64,000 nt of DNA from Patescibacteria group bacterium (GTDB lineage: Bacteria > Patescibacteriota > Patescibacteriia > JBHPGJ01): assembly GCA_042570545.1 (NCBI GenBank), contig JBHPGJ010000005.1, forward strand, positions 5,529-69,528, written 5' to 3'. Positions 8,884-17,940 of the stretch are shown here, one piece after another. Each line of letters opens with the position of its first letter. Position 1 is the first letter of the stretch. A program made the position numbers and the translations under genes. The notes under the pieces were generated by a model. That model was not told the origin of the DNA. It made no database searches and saw nothing but the letters and a program-made list of their open reading frames with translations.

Positions 8884-9738
8884 ATGTTTGAAAATCAACA
8901 ACCAAACCAGGGTGGTCAAGATCCTAACCAAGCACCCGACCAAACACCAAATCAAGCACCCGAACCAACCCTACCGCCACCAGTCCCTGGAGCGGCGCCT
9001 ATTGGTAAAGAAGAAGGAGCGGAGGATATTTTTGCCGACACAAATCAACCAGCAGCTGAAGCTGGCGGTCCGCCGCCACCGGTTGATGTACCACCACCTG
9101 CCGATGCCATACCACCGGAAGCACCCGGTTCGTCAGAACCCTTTGCTGAGCCTAAACCATCGCGAGGCAATAGACGAATGATTGTGTTAATCGTAGCTCT
9201 AGTGGTTGTGGTTGGAGCTGGCGCCTCGCTGTTTTTCTTCACTGATTTGTTTCAAGCCGACACCAATACTACCGTTACTAATGGTAGTAATAACTTAAAC
9301 AGCCTGTTGCAGAATCTAAATGCCAATACTAATACACCTACGTCGAATTCTAATTTGACGCTTAATACCAATACCGCTACAAACTTCAATACCAACTCTA
9401 CTATTAACACTAACTTTAACTCTAATATTAACTCAAACCTAAATACGAATAGCGTGTTGAACACAAATACGACTGCCAATACTAACACTACGATTAATAC
9501 GAATATTAATACCAACACCAGTATTGATACTGATAATGATGGCCTGACTGACGAAGAGGAGTTTGCTTTAGGCACGTTGATTAATAATCGAGATTCTGAT
9601 GCTGATGGTTTATCAGATTATGCTGAAGTAAAATTTTATTCTACTGATCCATTAAATACTGATACTGATGGTGACGGCTATGATGATGGAACTGAAGTTG
9701 AAAACGGCTTTGATCCCAACGGCCCTGGCGAACTATAA
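8884..9738 (+). CDS. Membrane-anchored protein with a Pro-rich N-terminus, an N/T-rich stalk and thrombospondin-type-3-like Ca-binding DxDxDG repeats
   Basis: Pro/Gln-rich N-terminus, a transmembrane segment 'MIVLIVALVVVVGAGASLFFF', then ~100 aa of N/T low complexity, then 'DTDNDGLTDEEE', 'DSDADGLSDYAE' and 'DTDGDGYDDGTE'. Confidence 0.55.
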   Translation: MFENQQPNQGGQDPNQAPDQTPNQAPEPTLPPPVPGAAPIGKEEGAEDIFADTNQPAAEAGGPPPPVDVPPPADAIPPEAPGSSEPFAEPKPSRGNRRMIVLIVALVVVVGAGASLFFFTDLFQADTNTTVTNGSNNLNSLLQNLNANTNTPTSNSNLTLNTNTATNFNTNSTINTNFNSNINSNLNTNSVLNTNTTANTNTTINTNINTNTSIDTDNDGLTDEEEFALGTLINNRDSDADGLSDYAEVKFYSTDPLNTDTDGDGYDDGTEVENGFDPNGPGEL

Positions 9739-9756
9739 CAGATACGCAAATCACAT

Positions 9757-10383
9757 ATGGTCCGGGTCGAAGATGGTGTAATTAAATCAAACGACAAGCA
9801 CAAATCCGAGAATAAAAAACCACCACCCAAGATTAAGTTAGGGTGCGGTGGTTTTATTATTATTTTATTTTTAATAGTGCTTATCTGGCTGATAATAATT
9901 TTCGGCCTGATGGGAATAATAAACTTTCCATTTTTATCGGCTGCTGAACCACGACGACAAGTAGATACAAGTGGTTTGCAATCCGATCAGCTATCTCTAG
10001 ATGAATCTGTCGCTGGATCAACATACGCTGGTCTGACAGAAGGACAGCTCACAATACTTTTAAGAACGGCCCTTAGTAATTTAGACAATCAAATTCTTTC
10101 GGAAAGTCAGATTACAATTGAACCAAATAATTTTGAGTTATTCGGTAAATTTGCCAATCGTCCCTCAGTAGTTACTACTTCAATTATTGAATTATCAGTA
10201 AATAAAGAAGCCATTGACGTTGACATTAAATCATTTAAACTAGGTCACATAGCTTTACCGGCATTTCTAGCTCAAATATTTATAGGACCAGTAATCTCTG
10301 AAATATTACCAACAATTTTATCTCCGGCAGTGGGAAAAAATATCATTCAAAGACCAGGCCTAATTGAATTTCAAGCATTATAA
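9757..10383 (+). CDS. Hypothetical membrane-anchored protein
   Basis: Lys/Pro-rich N-terminus, one transmembrane helix, then a soluble domain. No motif recognised. Confidence 0.45.
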   Translation: MVRVEDGVIKSNDKHKSENKKPPPKIKLGCGGFIIILFLIVLIWLIIIFGLMGIINFPFLSAAEPRRQVDTSGLQSDQLSLDESVAGSTYAGLTEGQLTILLRTALSNLDNQILSESQITIEPNNFELFGKFANRPSVVTTSIIELSVNKEAIDVDIKSFKLGHIALPAFLAQIFIGPVISEILPTILSPAVGKNIIQRPGLIEFQAL

Positions 10384-10386
10384 ATT

Positions 10387-11148
10387 ATGAACCTACTTAG
10401 AAGAAGCCTACCAATTATTTCTTCATTACTGTTGATACTTACCACTCAAGTGTTGCTGTTTTATCCCAACCTAATTTGGTATTTGGGCGGTCTATATTTG
10501 CTAATCAGCATATTTACCAGCATAGTAGTAAGCCGCGGTGATGTACGTGGAGGCCGTTGGCATTTTGCAATTATGGCCGCTCTTTATGCGTTGTCTGTGA
10601 TACTTTTTCTATTATTTCTTCAAGCAAATATTTTTAAACAATTACATCTGATTAGCACCGCAGCCTTATGGTGGTTATGGATGGAGCAACTATATAGATT
10701 TAACTATGATCCTCAAAAGTATATACCGTTTGCTGTCGCCAATATAGCCAGTATGGTAGCCGTAGTTACGTCATTTTATTTTGCCAGTTCATCTTTTGCT
10801 CTAAAATTATTGTTGGGATATCCAACCTGGATACTTACCCTAATTGCTGGTTTGCTTGGTTTTCTTTTCAGTATAGAGATTATCTGGTCCGAAAAACTTT
10901 CACCAATTAGATATTGGCGGGTACCAGTAGTTATTGGATTAATTACTGCTGAACTATTCTGGTCAATACATTATTTGCCCTCAAGTTATTTGGTCAATGG
11001 TCTTATCTTAACAATAATAATGTATATTAGTATCAACCTAGGCCGGTTTTCAATTAATCAACAATTAACAGCGACGGTATTAAAAAGATACTTGCTGATT
11101 GGCACTATTATGTTATTATTAACTGTAGTCTCGGCCCGCTGGATATAA
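10387..11148 (+). CDS. Hypothetical polytopic membrane protein
   Basis: Seven or eight hydrophobic segments. It starts 4 nt after the previous stop. Confidence 0.45.
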   Translation: MNLLRRSLPIISSLLLILTTQVLLFYPNLIWYLGGLYLLISIFTSIVVSRGDVRGGRWHFAIMAALYALSVILFLLFLQANIFKQLHLISTAALWWLWMEQLYRFNYDPQKYIPFAVANIASMVAVVTSFYFASSSFALKLLLGYPTWILTLIAGLLGFLFSIEIIWSEKLSPIRYWRVPVVIGLITAELFWSIHYLPSSYLVNGLILTIIMYISINLGRFSINQQLTATVLKRYLLIGTIMLLLTVVSARWI

Positions 11149-11163
11149 TCCGGGAAAGATTTT

Positions 11164-12378
11164 ATGAAGCCAAAGACAGTACCAACATCACCAAAAGGAA
11201 GGAAACAATCTGATTCTTTAGAGAACATATACAATGTTAAAAAGTTGTCGCAGTTGGATCAACCACTGCGAGTGAGGCTAGGTTGGTCAATAGGATTATT
11301 AGTAATTATTTTATCTGTCGTGGCCGGATTATTTGGAGCGGTTATTTTTGATTGGTTAATTTATAATAATCCACATTGGTCTCTATGGCAGAGGTTGAAT
11401 ATCGCAACAGCACCAACCACTACTATTGAAACAACCACTACTATTGACTCAGCTAGTACCAGAGATTGGGACCAGGCTCTGCAAAAAGCCTTAAATAATA
11501 CTGTCCAGATTTTTCCAAAACGACTGGGTGAGGGTTTGTGGAATAATATATATAGACCCATTGATCGTCGCGGTAACGCCTTAATACTATCTACCGATGG
11601 TTTACTGGTCACAATTGACGATTATAAATTAAGCAGCGAAGAACAATTAGTAGCTATTACAAAAAACGGTGATATTTATGAGATAAAATCAATTATTAAT
11701 GACCCAGCTAGCCCATATACCTTTTTAACTACTGAGGGCAATGATTTAACGCCAACCCAATTTGTAACCGAAGATCAAATAGAATTCAGCCAGTCAATTT
11801 TAGAGCTTGACCCAGACCTATTGAGTAATAGTAAAGCCAAGATAATAAACATAACCAATAATAATTATCAGGCAAAACAGTTATTAAACTCTGATAACTT
11901 AAGTCGTTTGATAACTACTTCAAACAATGATGACAATAATAAAGGTCGCATTTACTTGACCCAAAGTGGTGATATTATCGGTATGTCTAATGATTCAGGA
12001 CACGTCGCACCGCTATTTCATATTAGCAATGTTCTAACTAAGGCATTATCTGAAGAACTTGTTGAACGACCATACTTGGGCGTCAATTATATTGACGTTA
12101 ATACCCCAGGCCTGGTCAGTAATGTAAAAAAACCTGGCGCTTACGTTACTTCCGGGCCAGATGGACTACCGGCGGCAGTTGAAGAAGACAGTCCGGCCGC
12201 AGAGGGGTTACTACAAACTGGCGATGTAATAATATCAGTCGACGACGATGATATTTTAATAGGTAGCCAATTGTCAGAAATAATTCAGTCAAAACATATT
12301 GGCGATACTATTCTTATAAAGTATATTCGTGATGAAATAGAAAGTGAAATAGAAATAACTCTAGGCAAATTGCCATGA
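11164..12378 (+). CDS. Membrane-anchored PDZ-domain protein with an HtrA-like, apparently catalytically degenerate core
   Basis: C-terminal PDZ 'YLGVNYIDVNTPGL...GLLQTGDVIISVDDDDI'. The upstream region resembles the trypsin fold, but the catalytic His is not evident and the GNSGGPL motif is degraded to 'SNDSGHVAPL'. Its stop overlaps the next start (ATGA). Confidence 0.5.
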   Translation: MKPKTVPTSPKGRKQSDSLENIYNVKKLSQLDQPLRVRLGWSIGLLVIILSVVAGLFGAVIFDWLIYNNPHWSLWQRLNIATAPTTTIETTTTIDSASTRDWDQALQKALNNTVQIFPKRLGEGLWNNIYRPIDRRGNALILSTDGLLVTIDDYKLSSEEQLVAITKNGDIYEIKSIINDPASPYTFLTTEGNDLTPTQFVTEDQIEFSQSILELDPDLLSNSKAKIINITNNNYQAKQLLNSDNLSRLITTSNNDDNNKGRIYLTQSGDIIGMSNDSGHVAPLFHISNVLTKALSEELVERPYLGVNYIDVNTPGLVSNVKKPGAYVTSGPDGLPAAVEEDSPAAEGLLQTGDVIISVDDDDILIGSQLSEIIQSKHIGDTILIKYIRDEIESEIEITLGKLP

Positions 12379-14537
12379 ATCTTAAGACTACACTCACCCT
12401 AGCGGCCATCGGGTCAGCTGTATTAATATTATCTAGTAATACAAGTACTGATGAAGCAATGTTGTCTATACCGAATATTGAATCATTTGACAATCAGGAA
12501 TTAGCGTTGAAAGTAGATACAAAAAGTATTAAATCCCCAGTTGATTGGCCGGAATTAGTTAATGAAGTTATTCAGCAGACTGATTCCTATATTAAAAAAG
12601 TTGAAAATACGGAAATTAACCTGACTCCCAGAGACACTTATTATACAGAACAAGATTATTTACCAACAATAAAAGCTGATGTAGCCTGGGATACATCGGT
12701 GGGCAATCGAGACGTGGTTATTGCAGTGTTAGATACTGGACTGGACATCATACATCCTGATATTAAGAAAAATTTATGGATTAATAACGATGAAATTGAT
12801 GGTGATGGGATCGACAATGACAACAATGGTTATATTGATGATATTAATGGCTGGAACTTTGTAAATAATAACTCCACGATTCGCCCAGTTAAATCAGGTG
12901 CTTATACAACAGCCGGAATAAACCATGGCACAGTAGTCAGCGGCATTGCTGCTGCTGTAGGTGATAATAATACCGGCATAACCGGGGTTGCCTGGAAAGC
13001 CTCATTAATGTCGGTCAAGGTTGTCAACAATAGCGGTGCCGGGGTCACATCAAATTTAATAAAAGGATTACGCTATGCTGCTGATAATGGCGCGGACGTA
13101 GTCAACGTAAGCATATCCGTAACCGTTAAACCAGGGAACGCAGCGGTTTATGACGCTGATTTACAATCGGCTATTGATTATGCATATCAAAAAGGCACAA
13201 CCGTAGTTGTTTCAGCTGGAAATGAATATGTAAATCTTAATAATGCTTTAAGATACCCCGTTTGTTATAAAAATGTGATTGGTGTAGCAGCCCTAAATTC
13301 GTCAAATTTATTAGCCAGCTTTTCAAATTACGGTAAAAATTGTATTGATATATCTGCGCCTGGTACCGGATTTTATAGTACGCAATATTATGATGGCAGT
13401 GGTCAATTCTCCAAACGTTATGGTGGTGGGTGGAACGGTACATCAATGTCTGCTCCCGTGGTGACTGGCGTGGTAGCTCTTATTAAAAGTATCTATCCCA
13501 ACCTAACTAATTCCGAAATCGAAAAATTATTGGAATCCACAGCTACAACCTTACCTAGTAATAGCGATCAGCTGGGGGCTGGATTGATAAACGCTAGTGG
13601 TATAAATATGGTAACTACTAATTTTTTTGAAAAAGATTCGGTACTTACGGCACCACGATCAATGGGTGGGCCAGACGTTAGGCTGTACTCAGCGGCTGGT
13701 AATAAGGTAAGAAGTATCAATGCCTACCACACAGCTTTCCGTGGTGGTGTAAACATTGCCACAGGCGATGTTGATGGTGATAGTAAAAATGAAATTATAA
13801 CTGTACCTATTAGTAATGGCGGACCACACGTTAGAATATTTAACAAATTGGGTAGACTAGAAAAGCAATGGTTTGCTTATGAAGAAAATTTTCGTGGTGG
13901 CCTAACGGTAGCCAGCGGAGATTTAGATAATGACGGCGATGATGAAATCATTGTAGCCCCGCGTTCACAAGGTGGGCCAGACGTCAGAATATTTAATGCT
14001 AATGGCCACAAATTAAAAAGCATAGAAGCTTACCATCCATCGTTCCGCGGTGGTGTTGATGTGGCAACGGGGGATGTCGATGGTGATGGCGTAGCGGAAA
14101 TAATCACCACACCAATATCAGCTGGTGGTCCTCATGTGAGAATATTTAATGCTCAGGGCGAGGTAGTTAACGAATGGTTTGCTTATGAAGAAAATTTTCG
14201 TGGTGGCCTAACGGTAGCCAGCGGAGATTTAGATAATGACGGCGATGATGAAATCATTGTAGCCCCGCGTTCACAAGGTGGGCCAGACGTCAGAATATTT
14301 AATGCTAATGGCCACAAATTAAAAAGCATAGAAGCTTACCATCCATCGTTCCGCGGTGGTGTTGATGTGGCAACGGGGGATGTCGATGGTGATGGCGTAG
14401 CGGAAATAATCACCACACCAATATCAGCTGGTGGTCCTCATGTGAGATATTTTAACTTTCAAGGTAGGCTAGTGGGTCAGTGGTTTGCTTATACAGAAAG
14501 TTTTAGAGGCGGCTTAAGCATTTCTACATTAAATTAG
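12375..14537 (+). CDS. Subtilisin-like (S8) serine peptidase with C-terminal FG-GAP/VCBS-type repeats
   Basis: Catalytic Asp 'VIAVLDTGLD', His 'NHGTVVSGIAAA' and Ser 'GTSMSAPVVTGVVAL'. The C-terminus has about six 'FRGG..A.GD.D.DG..EII..P.S.GGP.VRIFN' repeats. Confidence 0.85.
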   Translation: MNLKTTLTLAAIGSAVLILSSNTSTDEAMLSIPNIESFDNQELALKVDTKSIKSPVDWPELVNEVIQQTDSYIKKVENTEINLTPRDTYYTEQDYLPTIKADVAWDTSVGNRDVVIAVLDTGLDIIHPDIKKNLWINNDEIDGDGIDNDNNGYIDDINGWNFVNNNSTIRPVKSGAYTTAGINHGTVVSGIAAAVGDNNTGITGVAWKASLMSVKVVNNSGAGVTSNLIKGLRYAADNGADVVNVSISVTVKPGNAAVYDADLQSAIDYAYQKGTTVVVSAGNEYVNLNNALRYPVCYKNVIGVAALNSSNLLASFSNYGKNCIDISAPGTGFYSTQYYDGSGQFSKRYGGGWNGTSMSAPVVTGVVALIKSIYPNLTNSEIEKLLESTATTLPSNSDQLGAGLINASGINMVTTNFFEKDSVLTAPRSMGGPDVRLYSAAGNKVRSINAYHTAFRGGVNIATGDVDGDSKNEIITVPISNGGPHVRIFNKLGRLEKQWFAYEENFRGGLTVASGDLDNDGDDEIIVAPRSQGGPDVRIFNANGHKLKSIEAYHPSFRGGVDVATGDVDGDGVAEIITTPISAGGPHVRIFNAQGEVVNEWFAYEENFRGGLTVASGDLDNDGDDEIIVAPRSQGGPDVRIFNANGHKLKSIEAYHPSFRGGVDVATGDVDGDGVAEIITTPISAGGPHVRYFNFQGRLVGQWFAYTESFRGGLSISTLN
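13866..14447 (+). repeat. Perfect in-frame tandem duplication (~276 bp identical, period 306 bp) inside the S8 peptidase FG-GAP region
   Basis: 13866..14141 and 14172..14447 are identical base for base. Each copy encodes 'WFAYEENFRGGLTVASGDLDNDGDDEIIVAPRSQGGPDVRIFNANGHKLKSIEAYHPSFRGGVDVATGDVDGDGVAEIITTPISAGGPHVR'. Confidence 0.9.
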
Positions 14538-14543
14538 CAATCT

Positions 14544-14987
14544 GTGAAAAAGTATTATTATCGTGTAGCAAAAACATTACCCTTCTTAGGTAATGTTACC
14601 GTACGACAATTCATTAAGTTTTCTATGGTGGGTGTTAGTAATACCATTATTGATTTCTCTCTATATCTTTTACTGACAAGAATTTTCCATATACATTTTT
14701 TGATCGCTAATGCATTGGCTTTTGTTATTGCTGTAACCTGGAGCTATACGGCAAATAAAATGTGGACCTTCCGTGACACTAGCAATCGGATGACAGCTCA
14801 ATTTACAAAGTTTATTATTATTAACTTAGTTGGATTAGGTTTAGCTGAGGGCATCCTAAGCGTCTTAGTGATCTATTTTGGGCTGTGGGATATATTGTCA
14901 AAGTTCATAGCCGTGTTAATTGTCGTGTTTTGGAATTTCTGGGCCAATCGCCATTGGACGTTTAAGGATAGTCAAGAAAGGTTGTAA
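14544..14987 (+). CDS. GtrA-family small membrane protein (polyprenyl-phosphate sugar translocation)
   Basis: 'FIKFSMVGVSNTIIDFSLYLLL' with four transmembrane helices, typical of GtrA (PF04138). GTG start. Confidence 0.7.
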   Translation: MKKYYYRVAKTLPFLGNVTVRQFIKFSMVGVSNTIIDFSLYLLLTRIFHIHFLIANALAFVIAVTWSYTANKMWTFRDTSNRMTAQFTKFIIINLVGLGLAEGILSVLVIYFGLWDILSKFIAVLIVVFWNFWANRHWTFKDSQERL

Positions 14988-15051
14988 AAAAACTGACAAA
15001 TCATTATAATATTTTTAAGTGAGACCTGGGTTCAAACAATCATCAGATTCG

Positions 15052-15765
15052 ATGGATTTGACCATCGTCATACCAGCTCATAACGAAGCTGGTAGAATTA
15101 GCCCAATGTTAACATCGTATATTGAACATTTTCAAAAGCGGGCCAGGATTTTGATAGTTTTAAACGGCTGTTCTGACAATACCTTGGATGTTGTCAGTAC
15201 AATTATCGATAGTATTGGCCGGCAAGGAATAGTTGATTATTTAGATATTGCTGAGCCGATTGGCAAGGCTGGAGCGGTATATGAGGGCTTTAATAAGGCC
15301 GATACTAAGTGGGTAGGGTTTGTAGATGCTGACGGCTCAACACCATCATTTGAATTTGAAAGACTCTTTCATGAAATCAACAATGCTGATGGAGTGATCG
15401 CATCTCGACGCATGCCTACCTCGCATGTGGTATATAGCAGGGTTCGCCAATTAATCAGCTGGACGTTCTCACAGGTTACAAATAGATATTTAAAATTAAA
15501 TTATCGTGATACTCAGTGTGGGGCCAAAATTTTTAAAACTAACGCTATTAATGATGTGATGGCAAAGCTGAAGGTGAAAAACAATGCTTTCGATGTGGAA
15601 CTTTTACTGGTTCTTAAAAGGGCCGGATATTTAGTTAAAGAGGAGCCAACTTTCTGGATAGAAAATAAATCATCAGCCATGTTTGGCTCTCCGTTTAAAT
15701 TCATTTCCGCCTCATGGGAAATGTTTAAAACAGTCAGGGACTTAGCAAAACAATATAAGATTTAA
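15052..15765 (+). CDS. GT2 glycosyltransferase, GtrB/DPM1-like polyprenyl-phosphate sugar synthase
   Basis: 'MDLTIVIPAHNEAGRI', 'VLNGCSDNT' and the 'FVDADGS' DxD motif. An alternative in-frame GTG start lies at 15019, with a TATAAT at 15005-15010. Confidence 0.75.
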   Translation: MDLTIVIPAHNEAGRISPMLTSYIEHFQKRARILIVLNGCSDNTLDVVSTIIDSIGRQGIVDYLDIAEPIGKAGAVYEGFNKADTKWVGFVDADGSTPSFEFERLFHEINNADGVIASRRMPTSHVVYSRVRQLISWTFSQVTNRYLKLNYRDTQCGAKIFKTNAINDVMAKLKVKNNAFDVELLLVLKRAGYLVKEEPTFWIENKSSAMFGSPFKFISASWEMFKTVRDLAKQYKI

Positions 15766-15770
15766 ATCAA

Positions 15771-16775
15771 ATGGCTAAACCAATCTTTGAGCGCAATAAC
15801 ATAGTAGTTACCGGTGGTGCCGGATTCCTCGGCTCTCATCTTTGTGATCGTCAGGTAAAAAAACATAAGGTAATTTGTATCGATAATTTTAAAACCGGCG
15901 TTGAAGAAAATATCAACCACCTATTACAGCATCCTAATTTCGAATTTGTTAGGCATGATTTAGTAGAGCCTATTAATATGGAAGTGCTGCCTGGGCTTAA
16001 AGCTTTTAAAGTATCTTTTCAAGGTGTTCAAGAGGTATATCATTTAGCTAGCCCAACATCACCAGTTGCTTATAAACGTTACCCAGTTGAAACAATATTA
16101 GCTAATACGCACGCTACTAAAAACGCCCTGGATATCGCTGTGAAATATCAAGCAAAATTTATTTTATTTTCTGCATATGCAGTTTATGGACAACCGACAG
16201 AGAACAAGCCATTACCAGAAGATTATTGGGGCTATCTAGATCATCTGGGACCAGATAGTGCTTTTGCTGAAGGCAAAAGAGCGGCCGAAAGCATAGTCTA
16301 TCATTATCGCCAAGCTTACAACATTGACGCTAAGATAATAAGATTATTTCCAGTTTATGGTCCTCGTCTACAGTTAAAAGACGGACGATTAATTCCGGAA
16401 TTAATAAGACAGGCATTATCAGAACCAGTAATTACGGTACCAGGGAAGGAAGATGATAAAGTTACAATTAGTTTTTATACCGATATTTTAGATGGCGTTG
16501 AACGAATGATGAAATCTAACGAACACGGACCGATAAACTTGGGCAGTGATGAGTTGCTTAACTTAGGTGACCTAGTAGAAATGATTAAAAAGCTTAGCGC
16601 CTCTGAAGCGAATATTCGTTATGACAACAGCGGTGAAGACTATCCATTACGTCAACCCAGCATTCATTTAGCACGACAGCGACTGGGTTGGTTTCCTGTA
16701 GTAAACTTAGAAAACGGATTAAAACAAACTATTGATTACTTAAAGGCCTCTAAGGTCGTTCATAAACTAAAATGA
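15771..16775 (+). CDS. UDP-glucuronate decarboxylase (UXS)-like extended SDR with substituted catalytic Thr and Tyr
   Basis: 'VVTGGAGFLGSHLCDR', 'IDNF.TG', 'EDYWGYLDHLGP' and 'RLFPVYGPR' closely follow UXS. Canonical 'ASTSEVYG' is 'FSAYAVYG' here, and 'YDEGKR' is 'FAEGKR'. Confidence 0.7.
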   Translation: MAKPIFERNNIVVTGGAGFLGSHLCDRQVKKHKVICIDNFKTGVEENINHLLQHPNFEFVRHDLVEPINMEVLPGLKAFKVSFQGVQEVYHLASPTSPVAYKRYPVETILANTHATKNALDIAVKYQAKFILFSAYAVYGQPTENKPLPEDYWGYLDHLGPDSAFAEGKRAAESIVYHYRQAYNIDAKIIRLFPVYGPRLQLKDGRLIPELIRQALSEPVITVPGKEDDKVTISFYTDILDGVERMMKSNEHGPINLGSDELLNLGDLVEMIKKLSASEANIRYDNSGEDYPLRQPSIHLARQRLGWFPVVNLENGLKQTIDYLKASKVVHKLK

Positions 16776-16791
16776 TTAACTAAAATATTAT

Positions 16792-17934
16792 ATGATACCA
16801 AAGTATATTTTTACTTCAGAATCAGTAACTGAAGGGCATCCCGACAAAGTATGTGATCAAATCTCTGACGCTATATTGGATAACATTATTAAACAAGATC
16901 CACACTCACATGCCGGAATAGAAACCGTGGCGACAACCGGTTTGGTTATGGTAACGGGTGAAATTAGAACCAAAGGTTATGCCGACATCGCCAGTATTGT
17001 CAGAAAAACTATTAAAGAAATTGGCTACACCGATCATACGTATGGTTTTCACTATGAGGACTGTGGAGTGATTGTAAGTGTTGATGAACAAAGCCCCGAT
17101 ATTGCTCAGGGTGTTGATAAAAAAAATCAGGGAGCTGGTGATCAGGGTCTGATGTTTGGTTATGCTACAGATGAGACTGCCGAATTGATGCCATTACCAA
17201 TAACAATAGCTCATAAATTAACAAAAAAATTAGCTCAAGTACGTAAAAAAGGAATTTTGTCATACCTCGGTCCCGATGGAAAAAGTGAAGTGGCTGTCGA
17301 GTATGTAAATGGCCGTCCTAAAAGAATTGAGACAGTAGTTATAGCCACCCAGCACAGTGATAATGTATTAACTAGCAAGATTAGACGTGATGTAATAAAT
17401 AAAGTTATTATTCCAGTCGCTAAGAAATATATTGACAAAAAGACCAAATTTTTTGTTAATGCTACTGGTCGTTTTGTCAAAGGAGGCCCACCGGCTGATG
17501 CTGGCTTGACCGGACGAAAAATAATAATCGATACTTATGGCGGACAAGGCAGTCATGGTGGTGGTGCTTTTTCTGGAAAGGATCCTTCAAAAGTCGATCG
17601 TTCAGCATCGTACATGGCTCGGTATATAGCTAAAAATATTGTGGCCGCAAAACTAGCTAAAAAATGTGAAATCCAATTAGCTTATGTTATCGGGATTGCC
17701 CAACCCATAAGCGTAATGGTTAATTCATATGGCACTGGTGTTTTTGATGATGTAAAACTGGCTAAGATTGTTCGTCGAGTATTTCCGCTTGAGCCAAGAG
17801 AAATAATAAAGCATTTGAAACTGTTACGTCCAATATATCAAGCAACGGCTTCTTATGGCCATTTCGGTCGGAATGGTGCCAAATTTACTTGGGAAAAGGT
17901 TGATAAAATATCAGCGCTTAAAAGTTATTTATAG
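16792..17934 (+). CDS. metK: S-adenosylmethionine synthetase
   Basis: '[24 protein letters not shown]', '[12 protein letters not shown]' and '[17 protein letters not shown]'. Confidence 0.92.
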   Translation: MIPKYIFTSESVTEGHPDKVCDQISDAILDNIIKQDPHSHAGIETVATTGLVMVTGEIRTKGYADIASIVRKTIKEIGYTDHTYGFHYEDCGVIVSVDEQSPDIAQGVDKKNQGAGDQGLMFGYATDETAELMPLPITIAHKLTKKLAQVRKKGILSYLGPDGKSEVAVEYVNGRPKRIETVVIATQHSDNVLTSKIRRDVINKVIIPVAKKYIDKKTKFFVNATGRFVKGGPPADAGLTGRKIIIDTYGGQGSHGGGAFSGKDPSKVDRSASYMARYIAKNIVAAKLAKKCEIQLAYVIGIAQPISVMVNSYGTGVFDDVKLAKIVRRVFPLEPREIIKHLKLLRPIYQATASYGHFGRNGAKFTWEKVDKISALKSYL

Positions 17935-17940
17935 GATGCA

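Noticed and set aside
2760-9540. CRISPR-like regularity in the AATACC/AATACT repeat tracts
   Set aside because: The units are 6-9 nt, irregular, and lie in-frame inside coding sequence encoding N/T stretches. There is no repeat-spacer structure and no cas genes.
9252-9575. 107-aa minus-strand ORF inside the N/T-rich stalk of the TSP3-repeat protein
   Set aside because: It is the antisense frame of AAT/ACC codon repeats, which gives V/L/F low complexity. There is no independent support.
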